A stretch of DNA of 64,000 bases from a virus. Lineage: Duplodnaviria; Heunggongvirae; Uroviricota; Caudoviricetes. Both the position numbers and the translations under genes were made by a program. Positions 63,137 through 64,000 of this stretch are shown one piece after another; the first letter of the stretch is position 1; each line of letters opens with the position of its first letter. The stretch lies in the IMG/VR virus record IMGVR_UViG_3300031718_000177; one strand, 5' to 3'. Under the pieces are notes generated by a model. That model had not been told where the DNA came from and searched no databases. It was given only the letters and a program-made list of their open reading frames with translations.

Positions 63137-63364
63137 TTACCCAACCTTTGTAGAGTAAGACAATGGGCCAAAATATGTTGAGCATAAAAGCTCAATTCGA
63201 GCACTTTCGGGCAAACCGCCGGTTTTGTAATTATGATAATAACTATTTGCCATGTAACGACCAATAGTAAGGAAACCAACACCATAAATGGCGATGTAGG
63301 TCCAGTAGTTTGTTGCTAAGTCACGAAGAGAGAAAGACAAATGGAGAAGATTATCGAGATTCAT
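63137..63364 (-). CDS. Small membrane protein
   Basis: TM segment YWTYIAIYGVGFLTIG. Confidence 0.55.
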   Translation of the reverse strand: MNLDNLLHLSFSLRDLATNYWTYIAIYGVGFLTIGRYMANSYYHNYKTGGLPESARIELLCSTYFGPLSYSTKVG

Positions 63365-63564
63365 TTTTTGACCTTTTGCCGAGGAAACGGAAGGGACAGT
63401 ACAGCAGTAGAACCCCAGTCATAAGAAGGAGCCGATGATGATAACAATGAGAATTGCTAGAGCAACGACTCCGATTACAGTATCCGGTAGGTCGTCTGGA
63501 TTTTTTGTTGGCTTGTCTAGTAATTCGTCATTTTCATCAAGGCCGGTAATAATGTTAGGGTTCA

Positions 63565-63843
63565 CTAAAGAGATTCCAAAGTTATTTTTATGCCCATGCG
63601 GCTTAATATGCCCTCGTTTAGTACACGTTCGGCGTCAGCAGTATGAATTATTGCCACTTTTTGGTTCATCATCTTTAAGATCATTCCGGGGTCTGCATCT
63701 CTAACAATTTCCATTGGAAAGCCATACTTAGTTATTAGATGGTCGGGTGTATGCCTTACGATTATAGCTTCGTCAATGTCATCGCTTTTCTCTATAATAA
63801 AGGCGAGAAGCTCTTCTGGTGAATTGAAACTCACATGGTCCAT
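63565..63843 (-). CDS. Hypothetical protein
   Basis: Tiling ORF. Confidence 0.65.
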   Translation of the reverse strand: MDHVSFNSPEELLAFIIEKSDDIDEAIIVRHTPDHLITKYGFPMEIVRDADPGMILKMMNQKVAIIHTADAERVLNEGILSRMGIKITLESL

Positions 63844-64000
63844 AAGGGTATGTAGGGATACAACAGTGACATTTTTTTAGGTACTCTTTGTTCGATGGCA
63901 CACCTCAAAGTAGTCATTAATATGTTTGAGAAATTCATCAATTCTATTCTTGGAAACAAGATAACCTTCGTTGGAGTATGTTTCCCAACCACTCGTTTTT

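Larger units (their letters stand above)
65..63404 (-). promoter_or_regulatory. Dispersed polar heptamer CTGTACT (AGTACAG on +), at least 58 copies; candidate phage promoter core or protein-binding site
   Basis: Counted by eye; all copies in the coding-strand orientation; frequently just after stop codons or hairpin/U-tracts and just before RBS/ATG. Existence is certain, function is inferred. Confidence 0.6.

Noticed and set aside
65-63404. CTGTACT repeats as a CRISPR array or mini-array
   Set aside because: The repeat is only 7 nt, spacing is irregular (80 nt to several kb), copies lie inside genes, and no cas genes are present
65-63404. Motif explained by amino-acid or codon bias
   Set aside because: It occurs in all three reading frames and in many intergenic positions
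65-63404. Motif polarity explained only by Type III restriction avoidance (T7/EcoP15I-like)
   Set aside because: That would account for one-strand orientation but not for roughly 15-fold over-representation or positioning near starts
21-63704. Plus-strand ORFs in the track (for example 21-515, 1053-1448, 5982-6383, 41784-42479, 46962-47525, 53019-53435)
   Set aside because: They are antisense shadows of well-tiled minus-strand genes, with no RBS or recognisable motifs; only 34149-34853 is retained
1-64000. Alternative genetic code (TAG or TGA reassignment) as the cause of short ORFs
   Set aside because: Recognisable domains (sigma, HD, GNAT, J, PDZ) are intact in code 11, all three stops end genes, and ORFs tile with RBS and overlapping start/stop
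1-64000. tRNA, tmRNA, rRNA, RNase P, group I/II intron
   Set aside because: No T-loop GTTCRAATC/cloverleaf, tmRNA ends, P4 or domain V signatures were seen by eye; a covariance search is still advisable
1-64000. Integrase, transposase or IS element, or bacterial chromosomal origin of the window
   Set aside because: No recombinase or transposase motifs, terminal inverted repeats or housekeeping operons; gene size and density fit a lytic large-phage accessory region

Overview
A 64-kb accessory/early region of a large phage genome. It holds roughly 150 tightly packed, mostly short, co-oriented minus-strand CDS and no capsid, terminase or replisome genes; only a tandem-HNH nuclease gene is convincingly on the plus strand. 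Recognisable products include a sigma70-family sigma factor next to an HD (RelA/SpoT-type) hydrolase, a DksA/TraR zinc finger, a 2H phosphoesterase, a J-domain protein, two GNATs, a class I SAM methyltransferase, a SWIM protein, a HEAT/PDZ protein and a DUF1328-like peptide. Several of these resemble Planctomycetota proteins (inference from memory, no search run). The most striking unexplained signal is a polar heptamer, 5'-CTGTACT-3' on the coding strand (AGTACAG on +). I counted at least 58 perfect copies by eye versus about 4 expected, and saw none on the opposite strand. It occurs in all three reading frames and between genes, often just after a stop codon or hairpin/U-tract and 8-15 or about 19-24 nt before a start codon. 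The window also has four long, highly structured intergenic segments (candidate ncRNAs) and a phased repeat/palindrome region at 1697-1860. All counts and folds were done by eye; no database searches were run.
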